From: Candidatus Bathyarchaeia archaeon | GTDB lineage: Archaea > Thermoproteota > Bathyarchaeia > Bathyarchaeales > Bathycorpusculaceae | Length of the DNA: 64,000 bases | NCBI GenBank assembly: GCA_049521795.1 | Contig: JBEKOM010000007.1 | Coordinates: forward strand, 26,233-90,232 | Direction: 5' to 3' | Shown: positions 40,204-48,675 of the stretch, piece by piece | Position numbering within the stretch: the first letter of the stretch is position 1 | Layout: every line of letters starts with the position of its first letter | The notes under the pieces: generated by a model | The model's database searches: none | Seen by the model: only the letters and a program-made list of their open reading frames with translations | What the model was told of the DNA's origin: nothing | Made by a program: the position numbers and the translations under genes

Positions 40204-40957
40204 TTGGAAGATGTTCAGAGACTTGAACAGTACTGGCATAGACTACTCTTTAACTTTCCTCAAACTAAGGATGTGAAAGGAGCAGTCATTTCATATTACC
40301 CTGCGCTTCCCATTCCTCAATTCAATTCTGCTGCAGACATCAACGTCAACGAGGATGAAGCCGAAGACCTGCTGAACAGAGTAACGGAACACTTTCAATC
40401 ATTAGGCTCTAGTTTTGTTCGTTTTCGAATTACCCCGTCCAAAAACGTTCGGGTCTTTTCTTGAGAGTCATGGATTTGAGAAGAAAGAAGAGGAGTCAAT
40501 AATGGTGTTCAAAGGAGGGCAGTTGGAAGATAAACTGAACCGTGAGGTGGAAGTGAGGGAAATATCTGAAAGTGAAGTAGATGTCGGTAACAGGCTTGCG
40601 TTCACAGTGTTCGAATTTCCAATTGAGTTGAAAAAAGAGTTTGATAAATTCGCACTTGATTGGATGCAAAAAGGAGGAAAATACTTTGTGGGCTATGTTG
40701 ATGGAAAACCTGTCGGAACCAGCTTCTTATTTTCCTTGATGAAAACTGGAGGAATATTCACCGTAGGAACCTTGAGTGGATACAGGAACAGGGGCATCGG
40801 AACAACCTTGACCGTTGACGCCATAATGGAATCCATCAAAGAAGGAAACGACCTCCACACATTGCAGACAGAAAAGGGAGGAAATGCGGAAGTGCTCTAC
40901 AAAAAGGTCGGGTTTGAAGTTGACCACATCGCTTCATTGTACGTCAAGAAACTCTGA
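40204..40957 (+). pseudogene. GNAT acetyltransferase split by a frameshift near 40437
   Basis: The N-terminal ORF ends RITP and the other frame resumes RPKTFGSFLE...YRNRGIG...LYKKVGF. Confidence 0.75.
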
Positions 40958-41082
40958 TGTTGAAGACAATGTAGATGGAGATGGAGTTTAACCGCTATCA
41001 GCATCCCAATCTCAGGCTGTTTCTGTCACCCTTACAGCGTCATCGTTAACACACAAGATAAAACTTTACGCGCGCGCGAGCA

Positions 41083-41228
41083 TGCAACAAGCGAATGGAG
41101 GAACAACGAGCCTCGCAGACCTGAACGGCAACCCAATAGGCTCAGCCAACACAGAGACAACAGCAATGACATTACTACCTTACAATAATGAAGTTATTTC
41201 TAGGATGCAAAATCTAACTGAACTTTAG
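41083..41228 (+). pseudogene. probable C-terminal gene fragment
   Basis: MQQANGGTTSLADLNGNPIGSANTETTAMTLLPYNNEVISRMQNLTEL*, bracketed by CG runs at 41069 and 41237. Confidence 0.45.
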
Positions 41229-41260
41229 AGATTTAAGCGCGCGCGCTAAGTTCTCACATA

Positions 41261-41686
41261 GTGGTCAAAATGAATGAACCAGAACGAGACGTGAAATCGA
41301 TCTGTGAGCTTGAGTACAAAGCAAGGGAGGCTGCCAAGGCAAAGGATCTCGATCGATATGTCTCCTTCTATGCCGACGACGCTGTCTTGCTCTGGCCTGG
41401 AACACCGATGATCATTGGCCGTGCTGCGATCCGTAAGTTCATGCGAGTCTTTTTCTCAATGCCCGAATTCTCGCTCAGCTTTGAAACCGCCCGTGTAGAG
41501 GTGTCTCCATCCGGCGATTTCGCGTACACATGTGGTATAAACAAGGTGACTCTAGTGGACCTGAATGGCAAAAGAATGAAAGACAGTGGTAAGTATCTGA
41601 CCGTCTACAGGAAGCAGTCTGATGGTACATGGAAGGTCGTGGCGGACATGGGTAACTCCGATCTGCCAGCACTAGTTCCGGCGTAG
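41261..41686 (+). CDS. NTF2-like/SnoaL (DUF4440) protein
   Basis: YADDA...GRAAI...SGDFAY...GKYLTVYRKQSDGTWKV. Confidence 0.9.
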   Translation: MVKMNEPERDVKSICELEYKAREAAKAKDLDRYVSFYADDAVLLWPGTPMIIGRAAIRKFMRVFFSMPEFSLSFETARVEVSPSGDFAYTCGINKVTLVDLNGKRMKDSGKYLTVYRKQSDGTWKVVADMGNSDLPALVPA

Positions 41687-41699
41687 AATCAAGCTCACG

Positions 41700-42020
41700 C
41701 TAAACAATCGTGTGTTCCTCGAGCATTACCCATGTGCCTTTCCTCGTAAATTCCGCCGAGTCTGCCATGACTTTCTTAAAAGCAGGAGAGGACATCATTT
41801 TCTGAACAACCGCCATATTTTCGAACCAGAGCTCCGCTATACCCTGGTACCCAGGCTCCTCGCCCTCGGCAGACATAACGATGCTGACCACGTATTTCTT
41901 GAGCATATCACCGAATTGCTGTTTCGCCAATGGAGCATGCTTGGTCAACCAAAAGTTGACGAACTCATTCTTACTCATGCCCTCCTTCGCATACACCTTC
42001 ATCACAATCTTAACCACCAT
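41700..42020 (-). CDS. EthD-family protein
   Basis: GMSKNEF..FW...HAPL...GIAELWF. Confidence 0.88.
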   Translation of the reverse strand: MVVKIVMKVYAKEGMSKNEFVNFWLTKHAPLAKQQFGDMLKKYVVSIVMSAEGEEPGYQGIAELWFENMAVVQKMMSSPAFKKVMADSAEFTRKGTWVMLEEHTIV

Positions 42021-42204
42021 CCAGTTTTCACCTCCTCTCCATTCCTGTACTCCTATAGCGACCTACCTCAACGCTTTAAGAAACGTTCAGCCCCTGAAAG
42101 TATGTAAGATCGATTGATGGCGCGCGCGAGTGATGAGAAGAAGCCCGACCACTGGCGAACACTTAGCCTACAGGTATGTTGTTGAATAACCCAATTTGCC
42201 ACAA

Positions 42205-42573
42205 TTACTTCGTCCATGCCGCCGCGTTCAAAATTGTTTTCAGAACACCTTCTGCATCATCACGTATCTTATAACGAATAGAAAGCTGACCTGCCTCAGT
42301 CAATGATGGGACTTTTTCAACAATCTTGGCTTTCAAAAGCACTCTTAGGTGTTTCTCGACAGTCGACCTATGTCGATCGAGCCTCCTTGCGATTTCGCCT
42401 GGGTTTGAAACTCCCTGCCCTATGCACTCCAGAATTCGGAGTCGAGATTTGTCAGCAAGAGCCTTCAGAAACCTTTCAGTTGTCTCGTATCCGCTCATCA
42501 TTGACGCCTTTTCTTGAAGATTCAGTGTATTGCCTCCCAGCAAATAAATTTGCCCGTTGGCAAACAAAATCAC
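42205..42573 (-). CDS. ArsR-family HTH regulator
   Basis: LKALADKSRLRIL...STVEKHLRVL; start uncertain. Confidence 0.88.
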   Translation of the reverse strand: MILFANGQIYLLGGNTLNLQEKASMMSGYETTERFLKALADKSRLRILECIGQGVSNPGEIARRLDRHRSTVEKHLRVLLKAKIVEKVPSLTEAGQLSIRYKIRDDAEGVLKTILNAAAWTK

Positions 42574-42635
42574 TCAATCCTCTGGAAACCATTATCTCAA
42601 ACGAGACAGCAATACAGACTAGAACGTGATAACTT

Positions 42636-43655
42636 GTGTATCATCCAACGGTAAAAGGCACATACTACGACATGGGTCATAGGTATGGAACAGTCCTTCA
42701 CGGACACGGTTTCAAAGTTTCAAGCCAATCGAAAGAAAAACTCGATTTCGGTAGAGAATCTGAACCAGAAGTCAAACGCGTCTTTCCCGAGATCCTAGAG
42801 GAAATCAGAGGATTTGCAGACGCTTGTAACGCACCGTACGAGCAGCTGACAGCTTTCATGTGCAGTATCGGCGCCTTCAAAGCCGAACCCAACTGCAGTG
42901 TATTCGCTTCCTTCACAGGCTCCGACGTTGTGTTCGGCCGAAACTACGATTTCCTGTACAGTTTCAAAAAATACTCCGAAAGCTACCTAACTTGCCCCGA
43001 AAATGGTTACAGCAGTCTTGGCCACACAGACGTTTTCATTGGACGGGAAGACGGCATAAACGAGAAAGGTCTGGCCATAGCCATGACTGGAGTGAGTTCT
43101 CCAGGAAACCATCCAGGCGTAAGCTTCTGCCTTGCCATCCGATGCGTTCTCGACAAATGTGCCAACGTCGACGAAGGAGTCAGAGTTCTCGAAAACGTTC
43201 AGCACGTTTCAACTTTCAACTACCTTCTTGCCGACAAACGAGGAAACATTGCCGTAGTCGAAGCATCGCCCGATAAAGTACGAGTACGAAGACCCAACAA
43301 GGGCGAAGATTTCATTGTTTGTACAAACCATTTTGTCCATCCAGAGATGCAGGACAAGGAAGACCCCAACGCGAGAAGCACAACTGAATGGGATTCACAG
43401 CCAAGATACGCAACGATTTCGCGTATTCTAAAAGAAAACAGTGGAAAAGTCAACGTTAGACTTGCTGAAAGAATCCTGTCAAACCACAGTGGCTACGTCT
43501 GTTCGCATCAACAGAAAATAAGGTTAGGCACGATCTGGTCAGTCATCGCAACTTTGAACGCGCCTCAGATCCTGAGAGCAGAAGGACATCCATGCAAAGC
43601 AAGCTACAGACGCGACCTCCGACTTAACAAAGTCATCCAAGAGCGAAGAATGTAA
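42636..43655 (+). CDS. C45-family Ntn hydrolase/acyltransferase
   Basis: CS nucleophile, GRNYD, GINEKGL and TNHF. Confidence 0.9.
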   Translation: MYHPTVKGTYYDMGHRYGTVLHGHGFKVSSQSKEKLDFGRESEPEVKRVFPEILEEIRGFADACNAPYEQLTAFMCSIGAFKAEPNCSVFASFTGSDVVFGRNYDFLYSFKKYSESYLTCPENGYSSLGHTDVFIGREDGINEKGLAIAMTGVSSPGNHPGVSFCLAIRCVLDKCANVDEGVRVLENVQHVSTFNYLLADKRGNIAVVEASPDKVRVRRPNKGEDFIVCTNHFVHPEMQDKEDPNARSTTEWDSQPRYATISRILKENSGKVNVRLAERILSNHSGYVCSHQQKIRLGTIWSVIATLNAPQILRAEGHPCKASYRRDLRLNKVIQERRM

Positions 43656-43760
43656 CAAGCGCGCTAATCCCACTTGACAAAAGTTCGCTACTCTATTTTT
43701 TGGAAATCTTGAACGACGAACCAAAACGCGCGTGCTATATGCGGGGTCCTTGTTCCCATG

Positions 43761-44135
43761 CTAGGTCCTTGAGACTTCGCTTGCGCCTGTGTCCTTTTGG
43801 ACCACGCAGAAGAGGTTGCCATCGGGATCCTCTAGCACACGGAAGTCATCATCAGGCTCATACGTCTGGGGATGGCGGGTCGCTCCGATTTTGAGCAATC
43901 TCTTCACCTCATCCTCTCTGTTGTCGGTATAGAGGTCGAGGTGCAACCTACTCCGACCTAAGCGCTTCTCCTGGTCTCGGTTCAAAGACACGTTCGGATT
44001 TCTTCCCTCAGGATCACGAAGAACGACCCAGCCCTCCTTCGCAGGCTCTCTGGGGACGTAGTGGAGCGCCGCCTGCCAGAATGCCGACATCTTGTCGAAC
44101 TCACTACAATCGATAACGATCGAGCCGATTTTCAT
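43761..44135 (-). CDS. VOC/glyoxalase-family protein
   Basis: IVIDC...FW...RLHLDL...DPDGNLFC. Confidence 0.9.
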   Translation of the reverse strand: MKIGSIVIDCSEFDKMSAFWQAALHYVPREPAKEGWVVLRDPEGRNPNVSLNRDQEKRLGRSRLHLDLYTDNREDEVKRLLKIGATRHPQTYEPDDDFRVLEDPDGNLFCVVQKDTGASEVSRT

Positions 44136-44533
44136 TTCCCATCCTCCACCTTGCCTCCATCAACTCACGCTAAAATATCTTGCGATTCGAGGTTCTGTCA
44201 ACTTCTCATGGGATAGCCATACACGTTAACTGTCGTAGGATAGATGTTAAGCCAAAGTAAGATTCTGTTTCCAAACCAAACCAAATTTCAACGACTTCAG
44301 CATGATTCTGGGAAAGCAGGTTGAGTCACGTGTATGCTAGATTCAGCGTACATAGGGAGTTCTCATGGTATGGAAAAGAAGGCTAGTACTAGAAATCAAG
44401 ACCATAATAGGGCAGGAGCATAGGTAGTATCGGAATCGAGTATACGCTCTTTCAAGGGCGCATTTCGTCACAAGTGATTTAAGCTAAGAACAAGATAACA
44501 GGATTTTTGCGTTTTGGTTTGTAGGGAGGTGAG

Positions 44534-44884
44534 TTGAATATGACAAACTTTGTTGTCTTAATGAGTAAAGGGCCTTTCCATGGAGAAGCAGAATGGCCGT
44601 TTAGATTTGTTGATTTAGCACTTGACAATGGCCACAAAGTCCAAGTTTTCCTCGCAGAAGATGCTACTTGGATTGCAAAAAAAGGCCAACAATATGACGT
44701 TTATCCAAACTTAGAAGAATACATCAAAAATGCGGTCAAAAAAGGTGCAGAAATCAAAGTATGTGAAACCTGCAGAAAAAGACGAAATTTGAGCGAGAAA
44801 GATTATCTCCCAGGACTAGTAAAGGGGACAATGACAGGATTCATAGAGGCAGCAGCAAAAGCAGACAAAGTGCTAACATTTTAG
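44534..44884 (+). CDS. DsrE-family protein
   Basis: VFLAEDA...VCETC...ADKVLTF; SD GGAGGTGA. Confidence 0.88.
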   Translation: MNMTNFVVLMSKGPFHGEAEWPFRFVDLALDNGHKVQVFLAEDATWIAKKGQQYDVYPNLEEYIKNAVKKGAEIKVCETCRKRRNLSEKDYLPGLVKGTMTGFIEAAAKADKVLTF

Positions 44885-44891
44885 TAGGAAA

Positions 44892-45000
44892 GTTTGGGTT
44901 TGGGGGTAAAGTTTTATCTTTTTCTCGCTCTCATTCTTACGCTTACTCTACTACTCTCTACCCTTCACTCTCTCACTCTCTCTACACACACGCACACACA
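44892..45000 (+). repeat. palindromic site (copy h) with CT/CA low-complexity arm
   Basis: GTTTGGGTTTGGGGGTAAAGTTTTATC followed by CATTCTTACGCTTACTCTACTA... Confidence 0.75.
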
Positions 45001-45071
45001 TAGAAAAAACAGAGTCTATGAGTTTACGGAAAAGTTATAGCTCAACCGAAAGTGACTGTGTTGGTTGGTGA

Positions 45072-45623
45072 GTGGAGTTGCTTGAAGGCAAGAATGTGAA
45101 TCTGCGAATCATGGAGAAAGAGGATTTGCCACTTTTTGCAGAATGGTATAACAATCCAGAATTCTTGGGCGAAGCTCTTTTCCCAATTCAGAGGTCTATG
45201 ACAGAATCAGAAAAAGCATTTTTGGAACCTAATCCCTACGAATCAAAGAGGTTCATTATAGAGAAGAAAGATGGAACCAAAATCGGCACCATATCCCATT
45301 TCAACATGTTAAGCACCGTTGGGAAAGTGCTGGAGATAGGCTACGCCTTGATGCCAAGCGAAAGAGGAAAGGGCTGCTGCACCGAAGCTATACAGCTAAT
45401 GGTGGGCTATCTGTTTATCAGCAAAGAAACCCCTCGCATTCAAGCCCTTACGCTTGTCAAGAATGTTGCTTCACAGAGAGTTTTGGAAAGGGTAGGCTTC
45501 AAAAAGGAGGGTGTAATGCGGAAATGCTTTTACATTCGAGGAGAATGGTCAGACTTCGTAATCTTCAGCATTCTTAGAGAAGAATGGAAAGAACCAAAGA
45601 TACTAACAAGAACCGAGAAGTAG
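45072..45623 (+). CDS. GNAT acetyltransferase (RimJ/RimL type)
   Basis: EIGY...ERGKG...NVASQRVLERVGF..EG. Confidence 0.92.
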   Translation: MELLEGKNVNLRIMEKEDLPLFAEWYNNPEFLGEALFPIQRSMTESEKAFLEPNPYESKRFIIEKKDGTKIGTISHFNMLSTVGKVLEIGYALMPSERGKGCCTEAIQLMVGYLFISKETPRIQALTLVKNVASQRVLERVGFKKEGVMRKCFYIRGEWSDFVIFSILREEWKEPKILTRTEK

Positions 45624-45796
45624 AAAGGTTCTGTCTGTCATTAACACAGTAAGCGGTATTTGAGCTTCTTTTCTATCTGACATTCTTTTCATGATGTAGT
45701 CTTTAATACTGATTCACCTAGTCTTGTCTTCTAGGTATCAATAATGGTTGAGATACAGACTGTTTCTGGCGCGCGTGATGAAGGGGGCAAGCAGAT

Positions 45797-46563
45797 TGGA
45801 CCTTAGAGGTAAAACGCTGATCGTAACAGGAGCTTCAAGAGGAATCGGCCGAGCTTTAGCCTTAGAACTGGCTCAAAACGGTGTCAACCTTGTCTTGAAC
45901 GCCCGAAGCGAAGCACCCCTCGAGGAAGTGGCTACTGTTGCCCGAGGGAAAGGTGTGAAGACATTGACAGTAGTGGGCGATGCTGCGCTAGCCAGCAAAG
46001 CTCGGGAGATGGTGAAAGCCGCGGTTGGCATCGGCGAATTCATCGGTTTCATTCACAACGCGGGAACCGCTCATCCAGGTCCATTCTTGTACGAACTACC
46101 TGAAGCCATGTTCAAGAATGTCTGGCGAACCAACGTGTTAGCTGGTTACCAGATCGCGCGCTTCTCCTACCCAGAGCTGCGCCGAAGAAAGAGTGGCCTA
46201 GCGGTATTCTTTGGGTCGGGAGCCGCGAAGATGAACGTAGAAGGCATGGGAGCCTACTGCCTATCCAAGGCAGCCGAAGAACACTTGGCGAGGCAACTCG
46301 CCGCTGAGGCTCCAGAAATCACTTGTTTCGTGTACCGACCTGGAGTTGTCGACACTGAGATGCAGAAGGGTGCCCGCGAAGCAAAAGGCAGCGGGGCTGA
46401 GGTGTTACACCGAGTCTTCGGAGAGTTGAAGGAGCGAGGAAGCCTCCTAACTCCCGAAAAAGCCGCGCGAGGATTAGTGCAGATACTACAAGGAGACCCG
46501 CGCCACTTTCACGGCAAGATAGCTAGCTACGGCGAGATAGCTACCTACAAGGAGGGATTGTGA
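45797..46563 (+). CDS. short-chain dehydrogenase/reductase
   Basis: TGASRGIG, HNAG, YCLSK and PGVVDT; start approximate. Confidence 0.92.
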
Positions 46564-46658
46564 AAGTAGCGTGTGAATGCCAAGGGCTTTCTGCTCGTGT
46601 GTGTTGATGTTTGGCGCGCGCGTAAAGTTTTGCCCCCAAACCCAAACGAGCGCGCGCT

Positions 46659-46711
46659 GCTTGTGACCCCAAAACGTTAGTGTCAGAGTGCGAGTCTGTG
46701 CTTCAGGAGAA
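46659..46711 (+). repeat. dispersed repeat, copy 3, at the provirus edge
   Basis: GCTTGTGACCCCAAAACGTTAGTGTCAGAGTGCGAGTCTGTGCTTCAGGAGAA. Confidence 0.85.
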
Positions 46712-46741
46712 GTCCACCCGTCGTTTTAAATGTAACATCAG

Positions 46742-46793
46742 TTGTAATGTTGTATTGTAATGTTGTATTGTAATGTTGTATTGTAATGTTGTG
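46742..46793 (+). repeat. four tandem 13-bp repeats TTGTAATGTTGTA
   Basis: Three exact copies and one with a last-base change, directly upstream of 46806. Confidence 0.9.
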
Positions 46794-46805
46794 TGGTGAC
46801 AAGCC

Positions 46806-47201
46806 TTGAAGAAGCAGACGGGATTTTGGGTCGATGCTCAGGTCTGGGAAGCTTATCGGGGTCTTTGCAGCCGTGAAAAGCTGCGGCCATCTGAGCCGAT
46901 AGAACAGTATCTTAGGGTTATCCTGCAGTACGGGTCAGCATTGACCGTTTTGAACATGATACGAGGCATGGCAAAGGCAGGGTCCGAAGGTATTGAAGCT
47001 TATGCTCGCGTGCTGCTCGACTGGTACAAGAACGAGAAACAATGGATCCATGTTACGGATGAGAGTGAGGCTCCGGTAGAACCGATGCTGTTGAACGCTT
47101 TGAAAAAGGTTGCGGACCCGCAGCTGCGCAAGGAGATCCAAGAGGCTCTTATGGTCAGGCCGCATGAACAGGCCAGCAAGAAGGACGAGAGTGAAAAATA
47201 A
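46806..47201 (+). CDS. putative ribbon-helix-helix DNA-binding protein
   Basis: N-terminal TGFWVDAQVWEAYRGLCSREKLRPSEPIEQYL fits the beta-alpha-alpha RHH pattern. Confidence 0.65.
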   Translation: MKKQTGFWVDAQVWEAYRGLCSREKLRPSEPIEQYLRVILQYGSALTVLNMIRGMAKAGSEGIEAYARVLLDWYKNEKQWIHVTDESEAPVEPMLLNALKKVADPQLRKEIQEALMVRPHEQASKKDESEK

Positions 47202-47409
47202 AGGACGAAACAGAGTTCCAGTGGCCAAGGAAGAGCCGCCTCTCAAGCCTGCAGCGGGTATCAGAGAAGTCAAGAAACGGTTTGTGGACCATGACGATAC
47301 AAAAGAACACGCGCGAGAAATCTTGAAGAAGACACATCAAGGCAGAAAAAATTTAAGAGCGATGGAAAGGCTGGAGCATGAACCGGTCTTTGCGTTGCGT
47401 CACGTTAAG

Positions 47410-48675
47410 TTAATTATGTGTGAACGACCGCGCGCGAGCTTCGTAGAACTGATCTAATGCTTCTTGTGTTAGGAACTCTTCTGGATTTAGTCCCCATGAA
47501 TTGATGATTTCTATTAGGTCGATCATTTTGCTGGCTTTGGTTCTTGGTTGTATGCTAAGGCCTGATGCTAGATAGACTGCGCGCAGAAAATCGACTCCTT
47601 TCATTTTGACATCGTGGTATATGCTTAAGGTGTGGCCCATCATGTACTCAATGTAGTCGCGTTCTACGCCTAAGGAAACCATCTGAGTTAGGAAGAATTT
47701 GCGGAGGCTGTGTGCCCTCAGGTCATATCTCCTGATTCTAGGGTTCTTAGTTAATAGACCAGCCTTCACGTAGAGCGCGTTCACGATATCTCCAATGCGC
47801 GGCGGAGTTAACGGTCTAATCTGGCGATAGTAGCTGATCAGAGGCGATTCATCGTGAAGGCATTCTGGCTGTCTCCGTTTTGTCCCGTTTCTTCGAGCGT
47901 CTAAGTAGGCTTTGAGATAATCTGAAGCTTCCTTGTTCAGAAAGGTGTCGTAATCATGACGCTTTCCTTTTGTTATCGCGGCTTCTACATGAACATGAAT
48001 GGAGGTTCTTCCCTTTTCCATGTCTTGCCTAACGTGGCGATATTTGAGCTGAACCAGGGTTCCGTTTCGAAAACCAGCGACCGCCATCAGGGCGACTATG
48101 ACCTTGCCGCGGGCATCAGCTACGCTTATGATCTTTTGGAGTTCTTCCGGCGTTGGTGCGCGTTCTTCGTAAATGCCCCACCGCGATCTTCGGTAGGGCA
48201 TTCTAAATTTGACACCGTTAAGCTGGAAGAAGAATTGGATGCACTTTACCATGCAGTACACCGTGGCTGGGGCCAAGCCATTTTCTTCTTGAAGATTATC
48301 GGCAAAGTCTGCAAGGAGGCGCCCCATTTGAATGACGGCCTTGGGTATCGGAACTTCATCCTTTCCTTTGCATCGATTCACAAGCTGGTCGGGCTCACTC
48401 TGCAGCCATGTGCAGAAACGATATACAGCGTAAACGTTATTGTAAAGCGTGCTTGTACTGCCTGTTCGGTGACGTAGCAGATGTTTCGTGAGCTCCATGG
48501 TGGTGGAGTTTTCGAAAGTGAATCGCGCCAACGAGGGCTGCCTTACGACGAACGTGTTTATGATGTATTGTTGCAGTTTTTCCTCGGCTACAGTTTCTGG
48601 CTCTGGAATATGAAGTGTCAAGGGTTGTTTCAGTGTGTAATTATTCGGGCTTCTTGTCACGGTCAGGGATTTCAT
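47410..48675 (-). CDS. tyrosine recombinase/integrase
   Basis: GFR, TKG, HSLRK and MMGH....YH: complete R-K-HxxR-H-Y set. Confidence 0.93.
   Translation of the reverse strand: MKSLTVTRSPNNYTLKQPLTLHIPEPETVAEEKLQQYIINTFVVRQPSLARFTFENSTTMELTKHLLRHRTGSTSTLYNNVYAVYRFCTWLQSEPDQLVNRCKGKDEVPIPKAVIQMGRLLADFADNLQEENGLAPATVYCMVKCIQFFFQLNGVKFRMPYRRSRWGIYEERAPTPEELQKIISVADARGKVIVALMAVAGFRNGTLVQLKYRHVRQDMEKGRTSIHVHVEAAITKGKRHDYDTFLNKEASDYLKAYLDARRNGTKRRQPECLHDESPLISYYRQIRPLTPPRIGDIVNALYVKAGLLTKNPRIRRYDLRAHSLRKFFLTQMVSLGVERDYIEYMMGHTLSIYHDVKMKGVDFLRAVYLASGLSIQPRTKASKMIDLIEIINSWGLNPEEFLTQEALDQFYEARARSFTHN

Noticed and set aside
46742-46793. CRISPR or mini-array
   Set aside because: The repeats are contiguous with no spacers.
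46560-47410. tRNA-derived att site at the provirus boundary
   Set aside because: No T-arm (GTTCRA) or acceptor-stem pattern was recognised; I saw no tRNA or rRNA in the window by eye.
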